A stretch of 64,000 nucleotides of DNA from Eledone cirrhosa. Lineage: Eukaryota. The notes under the pieces were generated by a model. That model saw nothing but the letters and a program-made list of their open reading frames with translations. It was not told the origin of the DNA and made no database searches. Positions 51,727 to 64,000 of this stretch are shown in pieces. Made by a program: the position numbers and the translations under genes. Positions within the stretch are counted from its first letter, which is position 1. Every line of letters starts with the position of its first letter. The DNA lies in assembly GCA_964016885.1 (NCBI GenBank), contig OZ024740.1, positions 83,390,001-83,454,000 of the forward strand, written 5' to 3'.

Positions 51727-54031
51727 GGAAAAGCCTGAAATACCAGGATACTCGATGGCCCCCCCTCAGGAGAAACCAAAAATAATCAACTTCTCAAAGA
51801 GACCTCTAACCAACACACAAATCAACATTTTAAGTAAGGGCCTGAAATTTACACCTACACCACGTAAACCAAACTTCCCCGAAATGAAGGATGACATCAT
51901 GGAATACTGCCGAAAGCTGCGACTAACGGAATTCTTCCACAAGGACACCAACACTGAAGACGAATCACTGGTTAGAAATAAAAGCAATTTCTGCCCACAA
52001 AAGGGAAGAAATAAAGCACTGGACACGTACTGCGAACACATCACCAACTTTCCCTATGAAAAAATTACAAATAAACACACGAAATCAAACCTATCTACAC
52101 ACGAATGGGAAGAATTATTCACACTTAGAAACAACCCTGAGATAACCATCAAATAAGCCGATAAAGGCAGTTCTGTTGTCATTATGAATACGGACTACTA
52201 TAGGACCCTCGCACTTAACATTTTAGAAAACAACACATACTATGAAAAAACAGAAAACTACAAACACACCAAAACAATGGGGAACCGTTTGACCTTACTG
52301 AATAAATACCGCAACAGCTTAACCACAAAAGAGTTTAACTATATAAGCCACTTCAAATGCAATACAAGCTCTTTTTACGGCTTACCGAAACTCCACAAAT
52401 GTAAAGCCATAAACGATGCATGTGACACCTCAACCAACAATTACATTGAACTAACACCACCAGAAGACATAAAACTCAGGCCAATTATAGCAGGCCCTAC
52501 ATGTGAAACCCACAGACTTAGCAACTTTCTGGACATCCTACTGAAACCCTTTCTACAACATATACAGAGCTACATACGAGATGACCTTGACATGCTGAAG
52601 CACCTCCCTAAAACAGTAAGTGCAAATACAATTCTCGTCTCCTTTGACGTAATAAACCTCTACACAAACATACCCCACAACTATGGAATAACAGCAGTCC
52701 AATACTGGCTTAACACACACCCATCAGAAATACCGACACGCATCAACAAAGATTTTATCACTGACGGACTCCTCTTTATCCTACAAAATAACTACTTCAC
52801 ATTCAATGGTTCAACATACAGACAAGTATCAGGTACTGCAATGGGCACGAAAGTAGCACCCACATATGCCAACCTAGTCATGGGATTCCATGAACAACAA
52901 ATATACAGTCAGTGCCTTCTCTTATTTGGAGACTCTTTCCACACACACCTCAAAGCCAATTGGAAAAGATATCTAGACGACTGCTTTATCCTATGGCAAG
53001 AAGACATGAACTCACTTACTATGTTTAAAAACATGATAAACAACATAGATAATAATATACAATTCACAATGGAATCCAATCCCAAGGAATTAGCCTTCTT
53101 GGATATTCTCATCTCTGTAATAGACGGGAAATTAGATACAGATATATTCTATAAACCCACAGATTCCAAGCAATACCTCTTTTTCACATCAAGTCACCCA
53201 AAACATACAAAACTTAACATTCCTTACAATTTGGCCAAACGTATATGTACCATAGTATCAGATCCACCTAAACGGGAGCAAAGACTAAAGGAACTAAAAG
53301 ACACCCTTATCTTAAGAGCCTTTCCACTTGAAATAATCAACAATGGAATAGACAGGACAAAACACCTAAATCCCCATCAACTTAACAATCCAAAACAGAA
53401 AACCACACTCAACACCCTGCCATATGTATCCACTTTCAACCCCAGAAATACCGAAATGTTTGATCACCTACACAAAAACCTCTCCATCCTACTTAAATAT
53501 GTAAACATGAAGTCTATTCTTGAAACACACAAGATCCTTAAAAGTAAAAGACAACCCAAATCACTAAAACGCATTCTCACTGGACCAAATATACCCAAAC
53601 CAATCCTCAACCCTACAGTTACCAAATGTGGTAGAACAAACTGTGGAACGTGCCTCTACCTCACTGAAGGACAAAAATTTACATTTAAAGATGGCCAAAC
53701 ATTTACAGTAAAAAACAATTTCACCTGCAACTCGGAGAACTTGATTTACGCAATAACTTGCGGTGGGTGCAAACACGGCTACATAGGACAGACGGGCACC
53801 TCATTACGCAAAAGAATGACCATCCACCGCCAACAAATCCGGGACGCTAACACAAGAAAAATCCCCTTGAGCAGCCATATTGCGAACTGCGCAGGAATGA
53901 CACTACCCAACTTTCAAATCTTCCCCTTCTACAAGTGCTCAGATTCGTTCACACAGCAACAAAGAATAAACAAAGAAAATCTATTCCTTAACAAATTTAA
54001 ACCAAAACTAAACGGGTTATCACCCCAATAG
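51713..54031 (+). pseudogene. PLE reverse transcriptase + Zn finger + GIY-YIG endonuclease; one in-frame TAA at 52154
   Basis: IINFS..L..GLKF, K*ADKG, FYGLPKLHK, LRPII, FDVINLYTNI, GTAMG, RYLDD, FLDI, CGRTNCGTC and LIYAITC..C...YIGQT. Confidence 0.93.
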
Positions 54032-54464
54032 AATTGTCATAAAATATAAACACACATACGCACGGAGTGACAGATATATGTGTGTGTATGTGTGCATGTA
54101 TATAATTATCACTACTATTAAAGACCAGAGACCAATTCTGTAGAATCAGGTTTATTCGTTGACAGACCATGCCTTTGTGTGACCAACACATCCATGTTAA
54201 ACCCTGCACGTGCACACACATATATCTATATATATATGCGCACACAGAATTCACCACTGTCGGTTGCGGGGCCCAATCTACATGAAGAACTCAGTGTGAT
54301 CAGAATGACTTGTATTTTAATTTCACTGTCCTAACTTCTTATATTATGGAAAAAATATATGTGTATGTATGTATATATATATATATATTTGGAGGCCATT
54401 TCTCTATGTGTGTGGGTGTATGTATTGTGTGTGTGTGTGTATGTGTGTTCATGTGGGTGTATGT

Positions 54465-54509
<45 letters not shown>

Positions 54510-54803
54510 CTGGATGTATGCGTATGTGTATATATATGTGTGTGTGTATATATATGTGTGTGTATGTGTATATATGGGTGTGTGTGTGTGTGTGTGTGTG
54601 TATGTACATATATATATATATGTGTGTGTGTGTGTATATGTGTGTATCTGGATGTATGTGTATGTATATATATGTGTGTGTGTGTATATATATATATGTA
54701 TGTATGTGTATATATGTGTTTGTGTGTGTGTGTGTGTGTATGTGTGTATGTATATGTATGTGTGTGTGTATGTATGTGTGTATATGTATATATATGTATA
54801 TAC

Positions 54804-54857
<54 letters not shown>

Positions 54858-55403
54858 GTATGTATATGTATATGTATGTGTGTGTGGATGAGGGTATGTG
54901 TGTATATATAGGTGTAAGTGCACTAAATCCCTATCTATCACTCTCCCCTCTCCTACCGACCACAGGGAGATATATGTATGTATATTGCTTCCAACCCCTC
55001 ACTGACCAGCAGCTGGCCATCTGGCCATTGCTAAATCTGACCTTTATAAAATAACCCACTCCCCCAAATAACTCCTCATTCACTACCAGAAAGGCACACA
55101 GCAGTCAACTTGCTGCTACCAAGATGAAAACTACTATGAAATCTCACACTGAATTTTATACTTGAATTTTCAAATCTAAAATTTTAACTCTTCTTATTAT
55201 TAATTTTCTTAATATTAATCAACATTTGAAAAGATGGCTTTTGCAGACCCATCGAAAACGGTCATTTTGTATACCCTTTATTATTTCCTTAGCTTATAAA
55301 ATTATGTTTTTTCACAAAAAAGTATTCTGTCTCTTATATATTCCATGTGCCATTACCAACCTCAATTTTCTCTATAACCTTCGTTTTGTGTAGAAACTTA
55401 CAC

Positions 55404-55407
<4 letters not shown>
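53822..55407 (+). repeat. 3' pLTR
   Basis: Direct repeat of 48992-50490. Confidence 0.93.
55220..55269 (+). ncRNA. Hammerhead motif in the 3' pLTR (stem III mutated: GAAAACGGUC)
   Basis: Same as 50301-50350 with one C>A change. Confidence 0.55.
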
Positions 55408-55448
<41 letters not shown>

Positions 55449-55725
55449 CGGCGATGAATTAGTTTTGCGAGGTTATTTATATGAAATCGTGTGTCGAAAC
55501 AAATATTTATATACATGGGGAGGGTCATATTTGTGTAATAATATTGCCAGAATTAATAAAAGAACACACTCACTGTTTGGTTAGTTTTCGCTTCTGTGTC
55601 TTTTATATCGGTTAATTTAATTTATTCGGTCCTCAATGTTACCATTGACTGACCAACGGTCAAAAATACAGATATAATATAGACACAAACACATATATAT
55701 AGTCTAACAATAGCTAATTCTATTA

Positions 55726-56760
55726 CACCAGTGTATAACTGTAATTATCGACTACCCTTCCAAACACCCTAACAGTAGACTACCTGTATTAGACACGGAA
55801 CTCTGGATTAACACTATAGACGAGAGAGCCCAAATTCTCCACTCACACTACGCTAAACCCATGGCCACCAAATACCTGATACTCAAAAACTGAGCAATGT
55901 CCAGTAGTGCTAAGTTTAATATTCTGATCGCAGACTTGGTACGAGGGATGAAGAACGTGTCCCGCATGTGCGACCCAACAGAAATGGAAAGACACATCCA
56001 ACATTTCATCAACCGCATGCAGTTCTCTGGCTACAAACAAAGAGACAGAATCAGAGTATACGAAGGAGCCACGGAGAAGTATAAGACCCTCATAGAACTG
56101 GACATGAAAGGAATTTGCCCATTATACAGGAGCAAATCATGGAATAGCTTAGATAGGACTAGACATAAGATAGCGAAAGCCACCTCATGGTACGACAAAC
56201 ACAGATACCAGAGTGTCATGTTTGTGGACGCTACCTCTGGAGGGAAATTAGCTAACCAGTGTTGAAAGGCCTTGAGAAAGACCCACTTAAGGATTAGGGT
56301 GGTAGAAAAGCCAGGAACCACCATAAAATCCCTGATCAGAACAACCTACCCTTTTAAGAAAACCCTCTGTAATAATAGGACATGTATTATATGTAATATA
56401 AACCGACGGATAAACTGTAAAACTAGAAACGTAGTCTATAGCATAAGATGTACAGAGGGTACTTGCAGAAACATGACAACAACATACATAGGCGAGACAG
56501 CTCGTAGCATAGTTGAAAGAATAGACCAAAGCTGGGGGGAACTAAAAGGACGAAAAATAGGTTTAGTACTATACAAACATGCCAGTCAACAACACGACGG
56601 AAACATAGACAACATAGAAATTAAAATAATATCTAAACATAGAAATGACCCAGCCGATAGGCAAATCAGGGAGGCCAGCGAAATAGAACTTAGAAGGCCA
56701 AGGCTAAAGAGAAAAATGAATGGAATAACAACAACACCCAAACAAGCAATACTGACCTAA
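55726..56760 (+). pseudogene. PLE RT C-terminus + GIY-YIG, one frame with two TGA codons
   Basis: DYPS...LPVLD...YAKPMA...PLYR...VVEKPG...C....C..C...C...VVYSIRC...YIGET. TGA at 55891 and 56263. Confidence 0.85.
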
Positions 56761-57011
56761 GAGAAGTATAAATAAATAAATAAATACATACACAAGCACA
56801 ATAACAACAAACACATGTAAGCACACACTAGTAAACTAAGATAGAATACAATAACCAATACACAGTACCCCAAATATGAACACACATCAAACATTAACAC
56901 ACACGCAAACGCATGCGCAGAGAAGACAAAAAATAAATAAATAAATAAATAAATAAACAGACTAAATAAAGATGGCGTAGGCATACAATACAACAGGAGG
57001 AAACATAATAG

Positions 57012-57054
57012 CACCACTGACGATGTTGCTGATGTGCAACGAAAGAACTTTGTG
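57012..57054 (+). ncRNA. Putative minimal hammerhead in the PLE 3' region (mutated copies at 19451-19494 + and 18962-19006 -)
   Basis: CUGACGA u GUUGC ugaugu GCAAC GAAA GAAC UU. Stem I is weak. Confidence 0.5.
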
Positions 57055-57244
57055 TTTGTGTCTACATTATATCTGTATTTTTTACCGTTGGTCAGTCAAT
57101 GGTAACATTGAGGACAGAATAAATTAAATTTACCGATATAAAAGACACAGAAGCGAAAACCAAACAAACACTGTGTGTGTTCTGTTATTAATTCTGGCAA
57201 TATTATTACACACATATGACCCTCCCCAAGTATAACAACATATG

Positions 57245-57274
<30 letters not shown>

Positions 57275-57275
<1 letters not shown>

Positions 57276-57863
57276 TAGAAAATATAAGCTTTCACTGTAT
57301 TTTAGACTATGAACTTAGCAAGTGAATGATAAACAAGCAAATTATAAACGTAAACATGTAAGTATGTTTTTAAAACGGTGCGCGAGTTTGAAATTAGAAA
57401 TTAGAAAATATAAGCTTTCACGGTATTTTAGACTAAAGAAATTTCCAGCCTGATAGTGGGGTTTATAACCCTCGGAGAGATGGAAAAAGATGAGTGTTGC
57501 CGTACATGGGAGTCGAACCCACATCTTTGGTTATCCAGACCACTGTGCTACCATTACACCTATACACATCCCATCTCCTTCCATTTTGCTTGTTTATCAT
57601 AGCTTCTAATTCGAATGGAATGAGATGGGATGTGTATTGGTCTAATGGTAACACAGTGGTCTGGATAACCAAAGATGTTGGTTCGACTCCCATGTACGGC
57701 AACACTCATCTTTTTCCACCTCTCCGAGGGTTATAAACCCCACTATCAGTCTAGAAATTTCTTTAGTCTAAATTACGGTGAAAGCTTATATTTTCTAATT
57801 TCTAATTTCAAACTCGCGCACCGTTTCAAAAACATACTTACATGTTTACGTTTATAATTTGCT

Positions 57864-57866
<3 letters not shown>
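57275..57866. mobile_element. Head-to-head fold-back element with a tRNA-derived head in each arm, in (TA)n
   Basis: Arms 57333-57586 and 57612-57866 are reverse complements. A box TGGTCTAATGG (57638), anticodon-like arm TGGT-CTGGATA-ACCA, B box GGTTCGACTCC (57680). Confidence 0.85.
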
Positions 57867-57894
<28 letters not shown>

Positions 57895-58054
57895 GAGGGG
57901 AAGGGTGCTTATTATCCGTACTCCTTACAACGTTACAACGTGACAGCACATGTAGAATATGTTGATGTAGATGAAAAATTATGTAAATTAGACAGTAAAA
58001 CTAAAACGATAGACATGATGGAAATGCTGTTCTCTCCTTGTGTGAAAGACAACG

Positions 58055-58160
58055 TATAATTAGAATTATATACAAATACGCATGGAGCCATATCTCTCTA
58101 TATATATATGTAGATATAGATATGGCTCCATGCGTATTTGTATATAATTCTAATTATACA
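58055..58160. repeat. About 105-bp palindrome with a (TA)-rich loop
   Basis: tataattagaattatatacaaatacgcatggagccatatct pairs with agatatggctccatgcgtatttgtatataattctaattata. Confidence 0.9.
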
Positions 58161-58220
58161 TAATGAGTTCAGAATTAGCCGTCGAAACGGCTTGAGCTCA
58201 GCCGACGGGGTCCTACCGTT

Positions 58221-58256
<36 letters not shown>

Positions 58257-58462
58257 AATACGGAAACGTATGTATATGAATGGAAACATAGTTTCCTCTG
58301 TCGATTTGTCGAAAGTCGATCCATTTGAAGACTAAAATCCAATGGTAGTAGCTCGATAAGGATAAATATAAATAAAAATACAATATGGAATTTACTACAT
58401 TAAGGGTGTAAGCACCGATTCTTTGCTTAAACTTTAATCTGTTATTTTAATAAATAAATAAA

Positions 58463-58494
<32 letters not shown>

Positions 58495-58496
<2 letters not shown>

Positions 58497-58534
58497 GGAA
58501 CAAGTAGGACCCCTTGGGGTCCTACTTGTTCCTA
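58495..58534. repeat. 40-bp palindrome at a (TA)n boundary
   Basis: ataggaacaagtaggacccc/tt/ggggtcctacttgttcctat. A related half-site ggggtcctaccgttcctata lies at about 58207. Confidence 0.85.
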
Positions 58535-58986
58535 TTACCCACTCTACTACCCTAAGTATTGAATATTTTGGTGCGGTATGGTCCATCTGGTTCCTTACCA
58601 CATTTCCTTCGTTATATATATCTATATTTATATATATATTTACGGAAACCTGTTGATAACATGGATCCTCAGTAGGGTCACCAGACACCAAAAACCAGCA
58701 TACTTGCGCCAGTCGGATTGTTGATTTTGCATTTATAGAAACCTATCAGGGGTACTGCACAGTACCTTCCGAGATGGTCCAGGTTTGTTATCTAACCCGA
58801 AAGTTATTTCTTTGCTTCGGTGTTGTGGCCAGGCTTGCCTGCCACAGTTTTCAATTTGTCCTGCTATCTAACGTATGTTATTACACTTAGCACAGCCATA
58901 TCGAGAGATTGGCTTCATATTCTTAATTGTATTTCGTTGGTTAGCTACAGCCGAAAATTCGATTATACTAAACTTCCATTTGTATA

Positions 58987-59038
<52 letters not shown>

Positions 59039-59980
59039 CAGGTATTTCACCAAAACAGATATAACCGTCAGCATGAAGGAGATTAGGAATTTATTTGCAT
59101 TAACATATGATTCTGTGCCTTTTACAATCCCCTTCATATGATGACTACAATATATATTGTTCATTCATATGTAATACTTAAATTGTTTATCACACTTCAT
59201 CACAAAGCCTATAATAGTGTAAGTGACAGTTCAGTACGCGGTAGAAATCAGCAATGGGATTTTCGTTTAATAAAATGATAATAAGTTAAAATGACAATAA
59301 TAATAATAGAATGAAATACAATCATATATATGATGAATTCTTTTGAATGAAACAGTTTTAGTTCCGAGGAAGCCAGTTCTACATTAAACTTATTTATTTA
59401 TTTATATGTGTGTATGTATACATGCATGTATGTGTATGGATGTAGAAATTTGGTTACATTGTTTACATTTGTGCATGTGTATAACAAGTTGCATCCTTTC
59501 ATGGATGACCCTGTATGACCCATTGTGTAGATTTATATGACTCTGTGAGTATATCATATCTGAGTACGGACAGATATATGTATGTATGTATGTATCTTTG
59601 TAGATGTATGTGGGCATGTAGATATTAGGCGCGTATTTGTTTGAGTGTATATGAGCCCGTGTGTGTGTGTGTGTGTATACGTGCGCCTATTGTAGGGTAA
59701 GGGCCTGTTTGTGTATACATATATGTGTGTGTTTGGGAGCGAGTCTGTCTTTGTGCCTGTATATACGGACACGTGTGTGTATGTGCGTGTGCGTGTCTAT
59801 GATTATGTCTGTACGTGTTTGTGTAAACGAGTAGATATACGCGTATGCATGTGTATGCGCATGTATAAGTGTGCCTGTGTGTGTGTGTGCGTGTGTGTTT
59901 GTGAGAGCTGATGTACGTGGGTATGTAGGCAGGCGTCTGTGGACGCGTATGCTGTTATTTATATGGTTGTGTGTATGTGA

Positions 59981-60033
<53 letters not shown>

Positions 60034-60038
<5 letters not shown>

Positions 60039-60850
60039 ATAAACGTGCTGCGTGGTTGCTAATGGGTTACATATGAATAAAGTTAGTCCTTCATCAGTGA
60101 TCTTCCAACCATCATTGGTATTTCATCGCTTTAAAGACCATATACCTCCGGTTGGTGCGAGCAACGGCTAAAAAAAGTCGTTGGGACACGTAAATAAAGG
60201 GGACACGAGAGTGTAAACAAACAAAGATGGTGAAGCAACGAAAAATGAGGAAGAAAGAGTCAAATCCCAAATGTCCATGAATATAAGTTCGGTGAAATCG
60301 TGAACGAGAGAGAATAAAGACCATCAAATCTAGTTGGAATGTGACCAAGGAAGGAATTCCGTACAGGTCTAACGGGAGGAAGAAGGAATCTAGCCTGTGA
60401 ATTCGGTGAACATAAGTTCTGTGAAATCGTAGACGAGAGAGAGAAAAAAAGCGAACCTGCCTGACCAAGGGTGCGAAAGAAAAGAATTACGCACAGGTCA
60501 AACGGGAAGAAGGAGGAGGAGGAGGAGAGGTAGTAACAGAGAGTGAGTGAGTGAATGATGAGGAAGAGGCTAACAGAGTGAGTGAATGTTAGAGAGGGTA
60601 AAGATACAGAGAAAGAGGAAGCAGTAAGAACCAAATAGACGGGTCACAGTGGGGGAAAAAAATATGTGTAAATATGAGAATAAACGTGCTGTGTGATTGC
60701 TAATGGGTTACATATGAATAAAGTTAGTCCCGTGTCCCAACGACTTTTTTTAGCCGTTGCTCGAACCAACCGGAGGTATATGGTCTTTAAAGCGATGAAA
60801 TACCAATGATGGTTGGAAGATCACTGATGAAGGACTAACTTTATTCATAT
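60034..60850. mobile_element. Non-coding element with both direct and inverted terminal segments, in (TA)n
   Basis: 60675-60730 repeats 60034-60089 directly. 60731-60850 is the reverse complement of 60071-60190. Internal ~128-bp diverged duplication. Confidence 0.8.
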
Positions 60851-61277
60851 ATATATATATATATGTATATGTGTGTGTAAGTGCGCGAGCGGACTTGTGA
60901 AATACCAAACCCAGCATGGATTCATTGAAGTGTGTCAGGCGGTGGGACAGCTTATGGCCAGTGTGACAGCAACTATTGGCCAGAATTTATAATGACATAG
61001 AAAAACAACAGCCAACAGCAGGTCAAGCGAGGAAGATGTTTTTTGAGGCTAACACCCCAGTAAGAATATTTGATCCGAAATTATTGCAAGTGTCCGACGA
61101 AGCTGCAGGTCCAGAATCAGACAGATCCATACAATGATCGTATCTCGAGCTGTCTGCCGGCGAAACAATTGTAACACACAATAAATTGAGTTCAGATGCA
61201 TCAGTGATTTTTCGTTTTATAGTATATTTTACTCTGTTCTATAAGAACATAGAGTGCTCAACCGGCATACCGCCTAT

Positions 61278-61427
<150 letters not shown>

Positions 61428-62044
61428 AATCTCCAGAGTCTAGCTATTGGCCAGTTAATTTTATTGACTGGTTTTGGTCTACTCTATTGACTGCCGAATA
61501 GCTGTGTTATATTTAACCACTCTGTCGAGAGCTTCATTCGATTTGTGATATTTTGCATTTTCGCAATATTATACACAGATGAATTCAATCGCCTAATTTA
61601 GGTGTTGCCTGCCTTGCTAACCCCACGTGGGGTCAGTTACAGACACATCTATGTGGACTTTCGAACTGAATCCCGTTGACAACGCGTACTCCTAGTTCAG
61701 TCAGCATACGAGAAACTTAACATCCTTTATGTAAGTGGACAGTAAAAGACTTGTGGAGCCGCAGAAACCCCAACACTGGATTTTACCATCATTCCAGGGG
61801 TCCGGGTGAGTATCAAACATTTATATTTTCATATATTTTTATATCTGTATATCTGTTTGACCCGAAATAGGAGATCGAATCTTCGCTGTGTGGATGATTA
61901 GTTTAACCACCATCTCAGTGTGTTTGGCCTTTAACGTAAGTTGTAAGCTCTAATTCATTTGAATTATAGAGCGTTTGCCTCACAACTCGAAAGTGTTTTC
62001 TCGTTATTTCATGGGCTGAAATTTGATTTTCGCTAATTTTTACT

Positions 62045-62076
<32 letters not shown>

Positions 62077-62511
62077 TAACAGATTAAAATGTAAGCAAAG
62101 AATCGCTGCGTTCATCCTTAATGGGATATAGCAAGTGGGAGAGTAATACAGATATACAGCTAGATAGACAGTTTATGTATTAGCTAGTTATAGAGAACAC
62201 AATAAAATCTGATTGAAAAAGTTTGTTTTCTTCTCAGATATTTAATATAAAGTTATTTTGTTGTAAATAGTTTACGAATCTCAAATATATTTTAACAATG
62301 TTCGTAAATACTATAAAAACTATATTTTACTGAAAATACTGCTTTAAAATAATTCAATAAACATTTCAAACTCACGTTTCAATATTCTATTTCTTTTTTC
62401 AGAGCTTACAGTGTGTAAACATTGTTTACTGTTCTAGAGATTTTAATGTGTTTAAACGTAATTCTTAGATTATATATTTCGGAATATGTAATAAAATAAA
62501 TGTCTCTATTG

Positions 62512-62625
<114 letters not shown>

Positions 62626-64000
62626 ACATATATATAGGAATGAGATATCCATTAATGAATGTTTTATATTTATTCTATAATACTTATTGCATTGTATTAT
62701 TTTCTCATAAATAGCACATTTTAAAAATCAATTTTTATTGTAGGCGTATATTGTTTTAGCTTTCATGTGAAAACTTATGTTTATTTTTACATTTATGTTG
62801 ATTTATGTGAGATTATTCAAATTTAATACGTATTGATTAATATGGTGAGATTTAGAGGTTCCATACAATTTATAAAATACATGCAATATGAAAATTAATT
62901 ATTAACGATCAGCGAATAGGATATGTTCCAAATGTCGTGCTATCTCGCAAAACTCGGAGCGGATCACACTTGCGATCACTTTCAATTCCACATCTCATAT
63001 GTCCAATCTAAATTGTCATCAATATTACATTTATGTAATTACATTTATGTATGGGTTTATTGACTTCCATACGGCTAATTCCAATGGAGTGTTCAGGTGT
63101 GGAATGGAAGAAATAATAAAGGACACAGATACGGATAGTTACGATAGAATATGGCTCTATCAATTAACTTAAATATATTGATGCGCACAGGCATAGTTAA
63201 TTTCGTTATATAGGGATTTAGCCTTTCTAAGTGGTGATGATTACTATTACATATGCTTGCATACACTTAGCAGAGAATGATTGTATGGCCCCATGTTATT
63301 TTAAGGGGGAATATTCATACTGCTTCGTACTAAGATAATATTACAAAGGTGAAGCGGTAGATAACCTAGTCATCTTTTTATCGATGTGCTAGGAAATAAT
63401 ATTTCGTAAATTTTGAGGTGTATCTGCTTAATACTGATTATATTTGACATCGCCCTGGCTTGCACTATAAATTATCTGAAAAACATGTAATAGATAGAAT
63501 ATGTTAGCTTATATATTCCATATTTAAATCTAAAGTGAGTTATACAAGTGCAATATCACCAAATGAATCTTAAGGCAATGTAATTCTAAAGAGATGCAAA
63601 TAAGACAGTCCGTTACTGTAAATGGAAATATATTATTCATAACTTTGTGTGCTCCCGATTCCCGTTAGGTTAACTGCAAGTTAATCAATTGAACTAAAGG
63701 TTACATCATTTAATATTAGAAAGGAAGGGAAACGCAATGTTAAACGTAACATTTTTACTGATCCTTTCGTTAGAAGGGACAAATGTTCTCTCAAACCAAT
63801 ATGTTTACATAAATGATCGCAGCAAAATTCACTTCATTACAATTAATTCATGACAAGTGATAGTTATAAATCAGTCGACGGATTCAATATAACACACAGG
63901 TGTATGGGGGAAAGATGTGAATACTGAAATAAAAACACATATCACAAAACAACTTACCCGACTCTACAAGTTTTTAATATGTTTTGTCGCCGCTGGATAG

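Larger units (their letters stand above)
48992..55407 (+). mobile_element. Near-complete Penelope-like element (Neptune-like) with tandem pseudo-LTRs
   Basis: Direct repeats 48992-50490 and 53822-55407 (ORF end + 3' UTR) bracket the coding region. Ends in (TA)n. Confidence 0.93.
55447..57240 (+). mobile_element. 5'-truncated Penelope-like element (third RT type) with an inverted pLTR, in (TA)n
   Basis: 55510-55690 is inverted relative to 57052-57238. The internal frame encodes an RT thumb, a Cys cluster and GIY-YIG. Confidence 0.85.

Noticed and set aside
57628-57702. Functional tRNA gene with a GGA anticodon
   Set aside because: The acceptor stem does not pair, there is no long Ser variable arm, and it sits in a repeat. 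It is a SINE-type head.
60880-61050. Possible Tc1/mariner transposase C-terminal debris
   Set aside because: Only a faint motif resemblance, with no TIRs or catalytic motif visible.

Overview
AT-rich, microsatellite-dense animal DNA made almost entirely of transposable elements. It is probably a cephalopod/octopus-like mollusc, judged from the SINE type and repeat landscape (inference). I could not support any host gene. 1-10 kb: an (AAT)n tract colonised by four R4/Dong-type RLE retrotransposon copies (+ strand) and three Tx1-clade copies (- strand). 20-31.7 kb: two apparently full-length, decayed Tx1 elements in tandem, each bounded by (GATA)n. 32.6-37.8 kb: RTE-like 3' fragments, one split by a 3.3-kb hAT/Buster transposon with TIRs and an 8-bp TSD. 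At least four Penelope-like (PLE) families are present: a near-complete Neptune-like element with tandem pLTRs (49.0-55.4 kb), two with inverted pLTRs (12.1-14.9 and 55.4-57.2 kb) and one fragment. There are also several minimal hammerhead-ribozyme motifs, tRNA-derived SINEs, fold-back elements in (TA)n and a Helitron-like MITE. Best leads: Tx1 families apparently specific for (GATA)n and (AAT)n; a GTRAGTGA splice-donor-like motif conserved about 40 nt before ORF2 in all three full-length Tx1 copies; an HIV-like UUUUUUA-GGG slippery site joining an upstream ORF to the RT of an EN+ PLE; and a tRNA-headed element with PLE-like inverted/tandem insertion geometry. All clade names and folds are by-eye calls, with no searches run.
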